Assembly (NCBI GenBank): GCA_003344405.1
Contig: NOWV01000107.1
Coordinates: forward strand, 1-64,000
Direction: 5' to 3'
Length of the DNA: 64,000 bases
From: Trichoplax sp. H2
Lineage: Eukaryota
Of this stretch, positions 12,739-25,760 are shown one piece after another. The notes under the pieces are model-generated. The model was not told the DNA's origin, made no database searches, and worked only from the letters and a program-made list of their open reading frames with translations. Numbering within the stretch: the first letter of the stretch is position 1; each line of letters starts with the position of its first letter. The translations under genes and the position numbers were made by a program.

Positions 12739-15700
12739 TCAATTTTGTAAAGAATACTGAAAACCGTTATCTTGCTTATCGGGTAGCTCATGGGGATTCA
12801 ATATGCCAGGCACAGCCATTTGCCTTTTTCTTTTCTCTTCATCTGCTTTAGCCAATTCTGCTTCTCTTTCACTCAAAAATAAATCACTTACATCTTCCCC
12901 GCAATATTCCTTCGCCGAAAGTAATAAGTAATTAGATGAGGCTCAATTTTTAACAATTTCCCAAAACACGTATTTGATCTAAATCTAAACCACAAATACC
13001 TTTATTTGGACTAGAAAATCGCGCAGATGTTCTCGAAAAGCGTTTGTGTCTTCGTTGAGATCAAATAGGCCTTTCACGATAATGTGAATTTGTGAACTAT
13101 ACACAGTCAAAAAACATTATTGTTACAGAAAAATTTCGATCAATATCCCAAAATTATAACAATAGTTCATAATTGTATTTCTTACTCTAGTAAATGAGGG
13201 TAAGCCTGCTTCAGCAAACCACCAATAAACTCCAACAAATACGTTCTGTTATCCATATTAGGGTTAGGAACATTGCTAGGATCATACAGTGGAATTTTAA
13301 CTTTACCATTTTCGACAATACGGAACATATAAGCCAGTATCTTTGCCTGCTTGTTCAAACCTAAAAGAGAAGTACTTTCTTCATAATCTGAACTCTAACA
13401 GTCAAAAATCTCTATCAAACAGCAAACGTACTTGCAACATGGGATGAATCTGTTAGCACAGAAAAGACATGTTGCAGTAAAGATACATAAAAAGCTTGAT
13501 AGAAACCCTGCTTAGCAGCATCGGCGGCTTGCAATTGCACATTTTCCAGAAATGTCTGCAGCATGTCCAGAGCTGTTACAGAATTGTATGATTACATTAG
13601 CACGGTATTATACAGAAATAATAAATGCATGGCAAATGTTATAACGTTTCAATCGATAAGCAACAAATAGAGATCTAACGATAATAAACGAACCTGTGTC
13701 TGCGACATTGCGCATCGTATGCTTCATACCCCAAATTATAGAATTAATTACCAAAGAAAATTCATCTGGTGGTATATGAAAAAAGGCTAGACATATATGC
13801 CAAGAAAGAGTCTTACTTAGACTATCCAACTCAACTCAATGATCTTATCGTAATGAAATATTTCTATACTCATAAATAGTACCTTCAAAAGTATGTTTCG
13901 TAATAGCTTGTAACAGCAAGTAAAAGTTTACACGATGTTCTGGGTATTCTTCGAAGTCCTTCAATCAGCGTATATATAAATTGACATTAGTAATAGAAAG
14001 AGCTATACAGACCACTGTCATACTATGCATACCTTATTGATCATATTTAATGTACATTGAAAGCTAGCGGTAAATATAACAGGAATATGGCCCATGATAT
14101 GATTCTAAAATATGAACGTTTTGACAAATGTTAAAGAAGTAACGTCTTGGAGAATTAAAAATTAAATAGTCTAATCATTACTATGAGACTTACTTCTAAT
14201 CGGTTTATAATTATAGCAAAGGAGTTTAAAACTTCCGGTTCTCTTGCAGCAGGAATACTCCTTTGATAATCACCAAGTACGGCATTCATTAAAGGAGGGA
14301 TGAAGTTTTCGCAGACCTAAATATTTGGAGGTATGAAATTAAGCTATGTAGGTTAGAATTATTATAGTAGATATTATAAAACGTACGGTTTTAGGATCAT
14401 GCGATTGCTCTATCCACTTCGATATCAATTTAAGGATTTCTTTCTTGATGGCTCGCATAGTTTTAATAACAGGTTCTTTAACAGCCGCTTCTCCTACAAT
14501 TCATAACACGGAACAGTTAACTTATGATTTTTACAACGCCAGTGCAAAACAGAGTTCTTACCCCTAGTTGCAACACATGACAGGATACTTTCGCCTAAGG
14601 TGCTATATAAATTCAGCATTTCCAAATAATTTCGTCTCAACTGGACGATAAAGTCATGCCCAATCGATTTACAAGCTCTTCCATTCGTTTTTAGGATGCT
14701 GTATATGGTTTTTAAATTTTCTGGATCTTTAAGAATATCAGGATTCTATATACATAAATAGAATAAAATGATTGGAGATAATGATATAACAACAAGGGTA
14801 ACCTCTAAATAACAATTGTTGTACTTTTGAAGCTTCGTTCAGAATTGTATCCCAGCTGCTATTTGGTAATGACATCAATTTCTCTATGAGTCTTTCCATT
14901 ACGACCTTATCCTGTTTATTATCAACCCAATGTTGCATTTTGTCAATAGAAGTTGCCATAGGGCATAAAAATAAATCCAAATATTTGATAACTTACAGGT
15001 TGAGCGCTTATCATATACCCAACTGCTTCGTAAAATGTTTGAACCTAAGATAAGAAGTATTTTACAACGTTTCAAATACTTATACAACACATTAAAAAGA
15101 ATTAGCACTACGAAATTCTATACAATCACAAATCACGAAACAAGCCGGTTACTTAATTCGAACCTGTTGAGGTTGCAAGTCACATATAATACTACTAAGG
15201 TCATTCAATATTGTCTCAATAAACGGCATAACTTCAGCTGATTGAACCTAAGGAAGAAGTTATAGAAAAATCGTATTCAATTCAGATTGTATTACATTAA
15301 CAGTAGATAGATAACAGCAGCAAATATGAATTACATGTATAAAATGAGGTCTGCATTTCTGAGCAATCTTGATAAATGTATCGCATGCCATGTCCTGGAC
15401 TCCATCATGTGTTTCTGTTTATAGAATAAACTTCAGTTAGTCTCGATATGCGCAGATGTGAAGCATTACTAAAATTCGTAATACAAACCGTGCATAAACT
15501 CGAAAAGTTTGTTAACAACAGTTTTCAAAAACTTCCAATGAGCCCTGAAAATAAGCTTCTGGGTTTAATGACATGTCCATTTTGTACTAACATTAACAGA
15601 GCAAAAGTAAACAAACCTTAAGAATCTTGGATATTGTCCAACAATGTACATAATGTTTGAAGCTATGATCGCTTTATTGTCTTTGCCTCTCTTTACTTCA

Positions 15701-18700
15701 CACAATCCTAGTAAATCCTAAATAGTAGTCAACGATACTACTGTTACGATATTAAACATACCGAATGTTGGCAGAACTTTATACGTACCTTAATAACCGC
15801 AACAAGGAAGCGTTTTTCGCCTTCTTCATGCATTGCGCCGCTAATAGAGCCAATGGCCCAGCATAGCTAAGGCCATCAATAACAATCCCATTTAATAATA
15901 GAGAATCATTAAGATTATTACAATTAACTCTAATAACCTCTTTGCAAGTAATGGGACATTTTAAATATTTATCTTACCGTATTTAAATTTTTCCAAGACC
16001 ATTCTGTGCCATTCACTTGGTTTTGCAACTTTTCGGTCATTATTCTCTCAATATCCGTATAGTCCAAGTGTGTTAAATATACTGGTAGATAAAAAATCGG
16101 TGCAGTTATAATTTCAAGATACATCTAATAAAATATATAGTATAGGAAAGAAAAGAGCTTCATCGGTACCTAATGTTTCTCTCATGCTCTTGTACATATT
16201 AATCGCATCAGTATCCTTCATAAATTCTCGTACTACTTCTCCATGCTCATTCTCAACTACTAATACCTTTAAAAGGTTTAAAGCGTTAGTCATAATAATA
16301 TGAGGTTTTAACAAATGACTCAGCACCAATAAATTGCGGAGATGATACTATAGTACATACCTCTTCAGGTTTGGCCATTCGGGAAATCATTATATATCGC
16401 ACCTTTAGATAATACGATAGATTATTTTTAATATGACACAAGTATTTCTTAGCTATCTATCATTCTAAAATTACCTTCGATAGAACAGATTGGTAAAGTT
16501 GGCGCCTAGGCGTTTGATGCGTCGGTAGGCCTAAGATTGGGCTGGCAGTTGCAAGAGGACTCTCTCGATATAAATCAGCTGCCAATGTGTTCCAATATTC
16601 TAAGCAAATCTTAAATATCTCAGTTTCTTCCACTTCAGATATTAATACCAAGTAATGCAATGCCTGAGTTAAATAAAAGGCGTACCAAAAATTCGAATTT
16701 AACGAGACGCGTTTCAATATTTTAGGTCTAATATCTTTATAAGGAAATTACCTCAAGTAAGGGAGTGTGGAGGTCGACCTATAAAGTAGGCAAAACGGTT
16801 ACAATTAGCAACATACCAATCAATACAGTCTTTCAAGATAACACAACGAAGTATGAGACTGACCAAATAAAGCATGGATGGAATACTATACAAATATTGT
16901 TATGAAAGCTTGACTTACTTTTGCCTCTAAAACATCTCCATGTTCACTGAGAAAGGTATGCAGGAATAAACTTAAATTTTGAATAAAGTATTGTTCATCA
17001 TTTGTTCCATTTCCATACGCTTCCTTAATGTTAATTGATAAAGGAAGAATCTGCGATAACAAAACAAAAATCGAACCCAATAAGAAATTGTATATAAAGC
17101 GTTCATGTATGTATATATCTGTTAATCATACTATCTATGCATACCTGTTTTAGATTTGCTAGAGTAGACGTAAACAGTTCTATAAACTGCCCTTCGTACT
17201 GCGAAGCTTTGATTCCAGCTATTTCAGCAAAAAAACAGTCAAATCAAGTAATGAACGAAATCATCTCATATTACTCAAGCTATTTGTGAGTTCTGTAGTT
17301 CTTACAAATTTCCGTAAGACATTTTAACGTTGCATTTCTGAATAACGGGACATTCAAGAACTATTTAATAGTTAAAATCGAAAACATCAGTTAATAAATG
17401 ACGACTAATTATGTTAATAACGAAGAAAGTGAAACAAACTTTATAAATCATTGTGTTGATCAAGTTGGTTTCAAATATGTAGCCAAGCGGTATCCAACTT
17501 AGGAAGCGCAATAACGTCTAAATTATAAAATTTTTCGTATTAAATAAATCCAAGCATTTCAGCTACTATTAATCTCAAACTAAAATCAACTCACATTCAA
17601 AGTTGTACATATAAGCTGTGGATTTTGCGATGTTTCCTAATGTTGTTAAATGAAATACAATTACACTTATTAAGAATAAAGTATTACTTGATTTATTATT
17701 TTAAGTCTGTACTAACCATAATATGTTGGCACAATGCATATACTTCTGAAAATTCGTTGCACATGCTACATAAGAGTCTATATTAGTATTCGTAGCATTC
17801 AAATAAAAGAATAATTGCTACTACCAACCTGTCCTTTAAATGCTTAATTTTTCCTTGCGTCATTTGGCCTAGAGAGAACTCGAAAACATCCTCACTATAA
17901 AAAATGCGAGATTGGTCAACATTTATCATAATACCATTATAAGGATACATGCTTCAAATTTTAATCAATAAAATTATAAGCCGCTATTGTCGACGAAAAT
18001 ACCTTAAGAGTTTCAGAATTACCAAATTGTTTTGACATAGTGACTGATTTGTACGACAAGATCCACAAATGTCACTGATAAAGGTTGGCCAGTTTTTGGG
18101 CCATTCTTTCTTTAAAATCTATAAATTATTACGATCTTATTACTACAATACTGAAAACAATTCAACGAGGTTGTCCTATATTAATATTGCGTTTACCTGT
18201 ACTAGGATAATGTTCATCTTATTTAAGAAAGTTTTCTGTTTCTGGATATAATTTTAAGAATTGAATACAGAATATTCAGTTGTAACCAGGACAGAAATCA
18301 AGACAACTTTGATATTAACTATCTACGTACTTCTGCTAATTCCGTGTCAGAAGAGATCTTTATTATTTGGCCAACAGTGAAGTCTTTTATACCTGATAAT
18401 ATAATTCATAATCATTTAAAAATTTCGAAACAGTGATCTTGAAGGCAACCAAGTCAGTTACCTTGTCTTTGCTGTGGTGGCAAGACTTTCCATCTAGTTT
18501 GAATGACATACTCGAGAATTTGCAAAGCAAAATACTGAAACAAGTAGAACAAAGTAATTATGTTTATTATAAAATAATAATAATGTATAAAATTAACAGA
18601 TCTTATTTATGCTTTCGTTGAAAACCTTCGAGTGGTCATAAGTTGACAGTTCTAAAATAGCTTCAACGACAGTCCAAGAATGCGGATGTTGCTTCAGTTC

Positions 18701-20360
18701 ATCCAAGACCTTTTGTAAATATTGCCTCTACAAGAGTTATTTTGATAATAGCATTAAATATATGCTTTAATAAATCTCTCCACTAGTAAATAAAATATTT
18801 TGATTTAAGCTAAATAGACGGCGAAAACTATTTTATTATCTATTCATTATAGTCTACAATTACATTATGCCGGCAAAACGCATACCATTTACAATTTATA
18901 CATACATTCTTTTTAAGTTTACTTGTCAAGTTGAAGGACTATCAAATATTGTATATTGATACTAGAATTCAACCGTTAAAATGAAAACATGAGTCCTGAA
19001 AGATATTTCTCATATAGAAATAATTTTATTCTACCATGTATCTGCTCTAATAATAACATTTTGTTGGGCTATTGTTATCGGAGGCAAAATTTGGCAATTA
19101 GTAAGGTATCAAGTTGCAAACATGCGACTGATACAAAGCGTTGATAGTTTTTTTTCAAGAAGATGAAGTTACAGTAATGTAGTCCATACAGGATTCTAAC
19201 ACTTGATATGAATTATACATAATTAATGGAACACATCTACATTTTCTTATCAACGGCGCATTAAAACGTTGGCTACAATGATGGTGACAGTAAAAATAAG
19301 CAACAGCCTATAGCTCAAACATTCGTCCACTTTAACGAAAGCATTACTATAAATGCAAATACTAGCTCTATATTGACGGCGGCGTAGTAATGACAAAAAA
19401 ATGTCCATGATGATAGATGATAGCTACTTGATTTTATAATCAAATAGTCCAAAAGCTTACTACTCATATGCGAAAGCATATCGCTATATATCAATGATAT
19501 ATAACAAAAAAGTAATGGAGGACTTTAATTTCGATATGTATTCCGATGCGTAGTCATGCAATACAAATTGCGTACTTTTACTTTGTAATATACATGTTAG
19601 AGCATTTACACTTGCAGCAAGACTTAAATGAAAGACCTATTAGCATCTTGCTAGACAGGTTCAATGACTTAGGTATTGTACACATTTTCATACCAAGAGT
19701 ATGCCAATTCGCTGAAGAGCCGTAATAAGGATATACATAGAGGAAGATAATATAAGGTAGATAAAACTACAACTATAGCACATCATGCCCATGAGTTGGT
19801 AGAGAATGCACATAGCAAGTTCAATAAAAGTAAATCAGCAGACGTGACATTAGTAATTTAGTATTACGCATAATAATAACGACTAAACTAGAATAGAAAT
19901 ACGCATTTACATCATTCATAACACAACTTAGCATTGTCTTTCGAACACGAGATATTCATGGCTACATCGTGAAGAAACGTGAAATAAAACGGTTGAAAGC
20001 CATTTCCAGAAGCAATAACAATAAAAATTTTTACTTCTAAAGTATAAAGTATCGTATAGTATGAATATAATTATTAATACGCGTATAGTACCGCAAGTCA
20101 ACAATAATACCAATTACGTTGCTTGTAATTCATAAGTTTTACCGTAATATAGATCAAAGGAATGTACAATAAAACTAACTAAATGACAAATTACAGTATG
20201 ATTATATAGTAAAGGAATATAAGTTACAAAATACCTGAGGCAATTCTCCGATGCACATGTTAACGCTAGCTAGTGTGCGATCCAAAATGTCAACAGGAAA
20301 CTTTTGATTAAAATCGAGAAGTCTCTTTGCTTCATCCTCGTTGGGTAAGATAATGGCCAT
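12739..20360 (-). CDS. XPO1: Exportin-1 (CRM1), >25 short exons
   Basis: N-terminus [100 protein letters not shown]-terminus [24 protein letters not shown] (stop 12739-12741). Confidence 0.97.
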
Positions 20361-23300
20361 CCTTGATTTTATCTTAAGCGTAGCTATCTCGTAGTTTTGA
20401 TGAAATCGTAATCACTCTAAATATTATGATAGAAGATTATCACTTTACATGCTGGTCAGAGCTTCAATTAAGTTGTCAAAGCCGACAAAGAATTACAAAC
20501 TTGACGTTAAGCAGCTCACTAACATGCAAGAGTAGGTAAAGCTTACTATCTGCGTATTGCAACAGCCTTGCCAGCTATGTACAGTGCAGCGATCAATGTA
20601 CATGCTTATTAATATTAATGAGTGTAATAATTATTCGCCGATACGCTTAAACAGTATAAACCTAGTCGAGACAATGCTATTTTTGGCTAAACGATTAAAT
20701 TCTAGGATAATTCGTTTACTCTCGCAACGCCTATTTGTTACAACGTATGATACCTGGTTTATTCTATGATGTTAATTACCGAAATTTTACTCTAGCAATA
20801 AAATAATTAGTAACCTGATAAAATAATCATATTTTCCTTTGGATGCAAATCACTTTCGCACCGTATAATCTCTTGCATAGGAAACTAATGTATGCTACGA
20901 AAGCGATCGTTGTAAAGAATGATGGTTAATAAATACCAGGTTTGAGATCCATAAGGTGCTACGACAATATCTACAGTTGGTAGAGAGCAAATAGATTCAG
21001 GCATGAACAAATTGCATACTCTGGTTGCAAGCTTCGTAGCACAGCTTGATATCATTACGAACTTTTAGCCATTACCAATGACACTAAAACAGTGTTTAAA
21101 ATAATAGCCACTGAATAGTCACACATATGTTGATACCCGACTAATGGGTGATTTGTATTTATATAGTGACTCCTACACTAAGTTGTCGCAGATCCTGTTT
21201 AGGGCACAAAACCTGCAAAGATGTCGACTACATGCAGTACTTGTATGAAACGAATACTGATACTGCACGATATGTTTATTTAAGATTTCAATTCAGTTTA
21301 TAACCATAACGTAATATCATTCATTAACCCACCCCACCCCCATCGAAAGAAATAACATTATTAATACTATATTAAATATCATGGAAAGAATTTCAATATT
21401 ATTCCAAGAATAATAACATTCAGGTAGGTATTTCACTGTAATAACAGGTTTTGAGGGTTACTGTATAATGATAAGCATATCAACCAAGGGTTAAATTTGT
21501 TGTCAATTCCTATAATTGATGGAATACACAGTATGATATAGTAATATGTATTCATAGTCACTATAAGTCATATCTGCACCGTTGAAGTAGGCTGAAGAGA
21601 ATATTACACGTTACAACTCTTACTCTGTGGACGCGATCATTAGTAATTGAACTATAAAAATCTTAACGGTCAAGCGGCGATATCTTACGAAGTGTCCAGT
21701 CGAACTTATTATGCAATCATAACTAAAGTGCGTGATATTCAAGCAATCTACATCAAGTACCGTTACTTACACGATCTTAGACGTAGACAGCAAACTATAA
21801 ATCAAATCATCTACGTCAATGGCACATATTTTATTACAATTTAACTACCATTGGCAAGTTATTTCTGTTCCTGTAGTCTAGTAGAGTAGATACAGTACCT
21901 CAATTTGACAGCTTTCAGTATTGGACTGATGCTGCTAACCGTAATTTCTGATGTTTAGGATAAGATTATCATCAAGGTGGATGACTTTGCATCGGAAAAA
22001 CTAATAATATCCGTAATTAAAATAACCTCTTCAATACTTTAATACTACTATCTTTACGTAAACTCTGATGGAAATGCAGCATATTAATAACACTCGATTG
22101 CATTAAAACTGTAACAACTCGTATAGTGCAGATGGTGCAGACGTAAAACTACCAATAGAGTGTCCAATAGCTAGATAGTAACTGATATATATTAACCCTA
22201 TTATAATAATAATTATTGTATGAAATTGGAGAACGATCGGTGTACCATACTGGCAAGTACAGTACTTCTTCAATCCGATATTGATATTAACTCATCACTG
22301 TACTGCAATGATATCAATAGCTCATGGATTAACAATTTTGTTAACACTCTTACTGTACAGTATAAGTCTAACATTTTATGATAATCATTAATTAACGTGT
22401 ATATCAATAAATTCAATGCTATCAATCAGGCATCGGTACATCAGTGGATTAATAACACTATAACGTAGTAGGGCTGGGTGCATTATGATTTGGAATTCAA
22501 TAAAAATTAATTGAACTATATTATCGGCAGGCGATACTACTGACCATTAATGATTTATCTGCAGTGGCTTCGAAGCAATAACAACGACAACGTTCTACTT
22601 AAACGCTAACTTCAGTTACCTCGATCAAATGATAGTCATTTCAATTTCTGCATAATCAACTTGTTAATGCTTAGTACTGCATCGATGATAAGGAGCAAGT
22701 TGGAATTATGCCAAATACAATCGATTCAACTACAAGTTTTACTTGTTTCATGCTCAAATGTAACAATCCAGCATTGATTTCCTTCATCATGGTAGTCATG
22801 ACTTCACGGTCGAGTCATCACTATCTGCTCACCATCATCAATTGCAACAACAATGACTACAAGTAAAAAGATTCAACGAGCTTGTGATGAAAAAAATTTG
22901 AAATGTTATTTCCGGGGATACCAGAAGTACAATCGCAATCATCATGGACAGTTATTTTCTCCAATGAATGTCAGCCATAAACGAACGCTACGTTATGATG
23001 AATAACTGCATTCTAAGCCTATATCGGTGTCATGGACTAAACAAATTGATAATGGTCCAAATTGAAATCAAATTACCAATTGGAAAATCGTTGTTGGAAT
23101 GTCAAGTGAAGTACTGATACTATGGCATCCTACTACTGTATTGAGAAGAAGCATTTGCTCCTTATCATAGCTGCTAGAGCTGATCGACACCAAAGAACGT
23201 CATCAAACTACTCGTCTTCACTCGATATTTCCATGCATTTAACACTTGCATATCGTTGAATTGGAATGAATGCAATATGCCACCACGCAAACTACATTAT

Positions 23301-23425
23301 TGACACTAGGAAAGTAAGATTAGCAACGCAAAAGTGCTTACTTTCAATCACTTATTGTCATTGCCATACTGTACAGTACTGTAGATGGGTCATTAGGAGG
23401 AGTCATGAACGTACAACATACTTAC

Positions 23426-23800
23426 TAGGTTGAACTGTCTTTTTGCGCGCTCTGGCTTTATCACTTTCAAGATTGGTGAACGTCTCTTATCCAAATTCAA
23501 CTCAATTTTCAAGCCAGGCTATTTTGCAGCTTGTATCTTTACAGCGTAAGCCAATCCTCTGGACAATTTAGACGTAATAATCCAGCAAATACCTATGGAA
23601 TAGTGTTGCTTTTTTCTCTTTCTGGACTGATCACTGACTAAAATTCAACTCGATGACTGATATTGTGCCTACTGGAGCTTTGAAAATTGCTTACTGAACT
23701 CGACCAACGACTGCCTTAGTCTTTGTGTTCATGGCTTTGGTGCAAAGCGCAAGCTCGTCAAACTGGCTTGACGGGTTTTAAATACGTGCGCGCGCGCATT
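23426..23800 (-). promoter_or_regulatory. Predicted XPO1 core promoter (TATTTAAAA 23784-23776 after a GC-dinucleotide run) and two 5' non-coding exons (~23755-23695, 23592-23426)
   Basis: Minus-strand donors GTAAGC (23694) and GTAAGT (23425); acceptors TTCCATAG (23593) and ATTTAG (20417, just 5' of the ATG exon). Confidence 0.5.
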
Positions 23801-23969
23801 GCTTCCATTGTTTTCGTTTTGTCCGGTACAGCAACGTCATTCAAACTTTTCATTTCATTTCGGTTATGTCAGCTCTAAGTTGGCACATGTGCAGTGTAAA
23901 TGATGACACACCAAATATGGACTTTCAAGATACATACAATACAGTATGCAAATAATTCATAGTTATTAT

Positions 23970-25760
23970 TGATTAGCTCTACAGTACTGTCATCCTCAGT
24001 CAGTCAAGTCAAGAATAGTAAAGACTGTAAACTTGCAGACACTACGCTAGTGTTACTCTACAGTATTGTACTGTAGACTGTACAGTACTGTACTGTACGG
24101 TGCTCTCCAGTAGACATGTTTATTGACCGTAAGATTATTATCGACGGTTGGTACATATTTACCGTACCGCCAACGTCAATACAAGAGATACTACTGGACA
24201 GTATACAGTATTCCACTATAGTATTAGTATTAGTCTAGGCTTATAGTGTACAGTATTGGAAATATCATTTGGAATGACTTTTATGCTCAAGATGGACGAC
24301 ATCCATGACTTCCATCATGATGCAGCATTATTGCTACATGATTCGTACTCAGAGAGATTTCTATGCGTATCTCGAAATAGAGCGACTCAAGACAATCATC
24401 ATCGACATCGACACTTCCATAGGGCTGCCTTAGTGAAAGCTATGAACGCAGTCTGTCCTAGGTCATTTGAATTACTGACTACTATACTGAGAACTCAGTG
24501 AGATGTAAAAAGTCCTTTAGACCTTATGCCTTCGAATCAGGAATGCCTTCTTCTCACGTGTTGTACCGCTATACTACACTGTACAGTACAGTACAGTACA
24601 TCATAATGGTCACACTGTACTGTACTGTACTGTACTGTATGACTCACATACAGTACTGTACAGTACAGTACAGTAGCACAGTACAGTGTACAGTACACCA
24701 AAACTGCTTCTGCATGATACTGTAGATTTAGTAGTGTACAGTACAGTATAATGTACAGTACTCAGTGACGACATAGATTTGATACGACTACAGTACGTCA
24801 CGAACAGAAAATTCAAACTGTTTACGCGATTATTCGAACGTGAAAGAATAATTAATTACGCTGTACAGTACAGTTAGTGTTGTTGCGGAACACTAACTAC
24901 TGTATAGTACTATACTTTGAAATTAAAGGCGAAAATAGTATTATAATCATCATCACTTGAAATACCGGTTACGCCGGTGGAACTATGGAATCATAGTACA
25001 TTGAAGATCACCATGGTGCGCAGTGACGTAGTCACTTTTAGGTTAATTTAAAGATGAAAATTTTTTCTTTGACAGCAAATCAAATCCTGGATGTCATGTC
25101 GAAAAAAAATGACGATCAAAACTAAAAATTGGATTGAGTTCATCACACCGATCTGACTTGTAGTCTACAGTACAGTACAGTACAGCACAAACTGCACATG
25201 TACCCGTTGCTTGTTGTAGGCGGTACTGCTGTAGTAATGTCCGATCGTCCGCATTTCCCTCACCTTCAGTGCTATACTTACAGTGCATACTGTACTGTAC
25301 GTACTGTACTGTACAGTACAGTACTGTACAGTAGAATTGCGAACAGGGCAAAATTACGAGACGACAAGGCACGATTGCTCATTGGCCTGATCCCCACGAT
25401 AAACAAAAGAAACTAGGGAAAATCGTGGAGATCAGGCCAATAAGCATTGAGCAATCGTGTCTAGTTGTCTCGTCATTTTGCCCTTCTGAACATCAAGTTA
25501 AAATCTACAGTACAGTACTGTATGGAAAAGCCGGAGTTGCGGTACAGTACAGTATAGTACACTAGTACAGTACAGTACAGTACAGTACAGTACAGTACTG
25601 TAGTTGTACTGTACTGTACAGTACAGTGGCTGATTATAATAATTTGAAAAGAGAGGCACGTGATACCTTCTGGCTATTGTTGTTTTCGGCCTTGGTATGT
25701 CTAGTTTCGAACGTGACGGAGTGCGCTGTAAAGCCTGTACAGTGTACAGTACAGTACAGC
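23970..25760. repeat. Largest CAGTA/TACTG pentamer cluster, with mixed-orientation runs
   Basis: Runs at ~24060-24100, 24580-24760, 25165-25185, 25290-25333, 25507-25625 and 25735-25760. Confidence 0.92.
25345..25484. repeat. Long imperfect inverted repeat (~56 bp arms, 21 nt loop)
   Basis: AGGGCAAAATTACGAGACGACAAGGCACGATTGCTCA-TTGGCCTGATCCCCACGAT pairs with ATCGTGGAGATCAGGCCAA-(TAAGCAT)-TGAGCAATCGTGTCTAGTTGTCTCGTCATTTTGCCCT. Confidence 0.93.

Noticed and set aside
19834..19915. Possible C/D snoRNA in the long XPO1 intron (ATGATGT...CTGA on the minus strand)
   Set aside because: Imperfect C box, no clear terminal stem, and no rRNA complement that I could recognise.
24060..25760. Repeat/unique alternation superficially like a CRISPR array
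   Set aside because: The units are 5-mers in irregular runs with no constant repeat or spacer length, there are no cas genes, and the context is eukaryotic.
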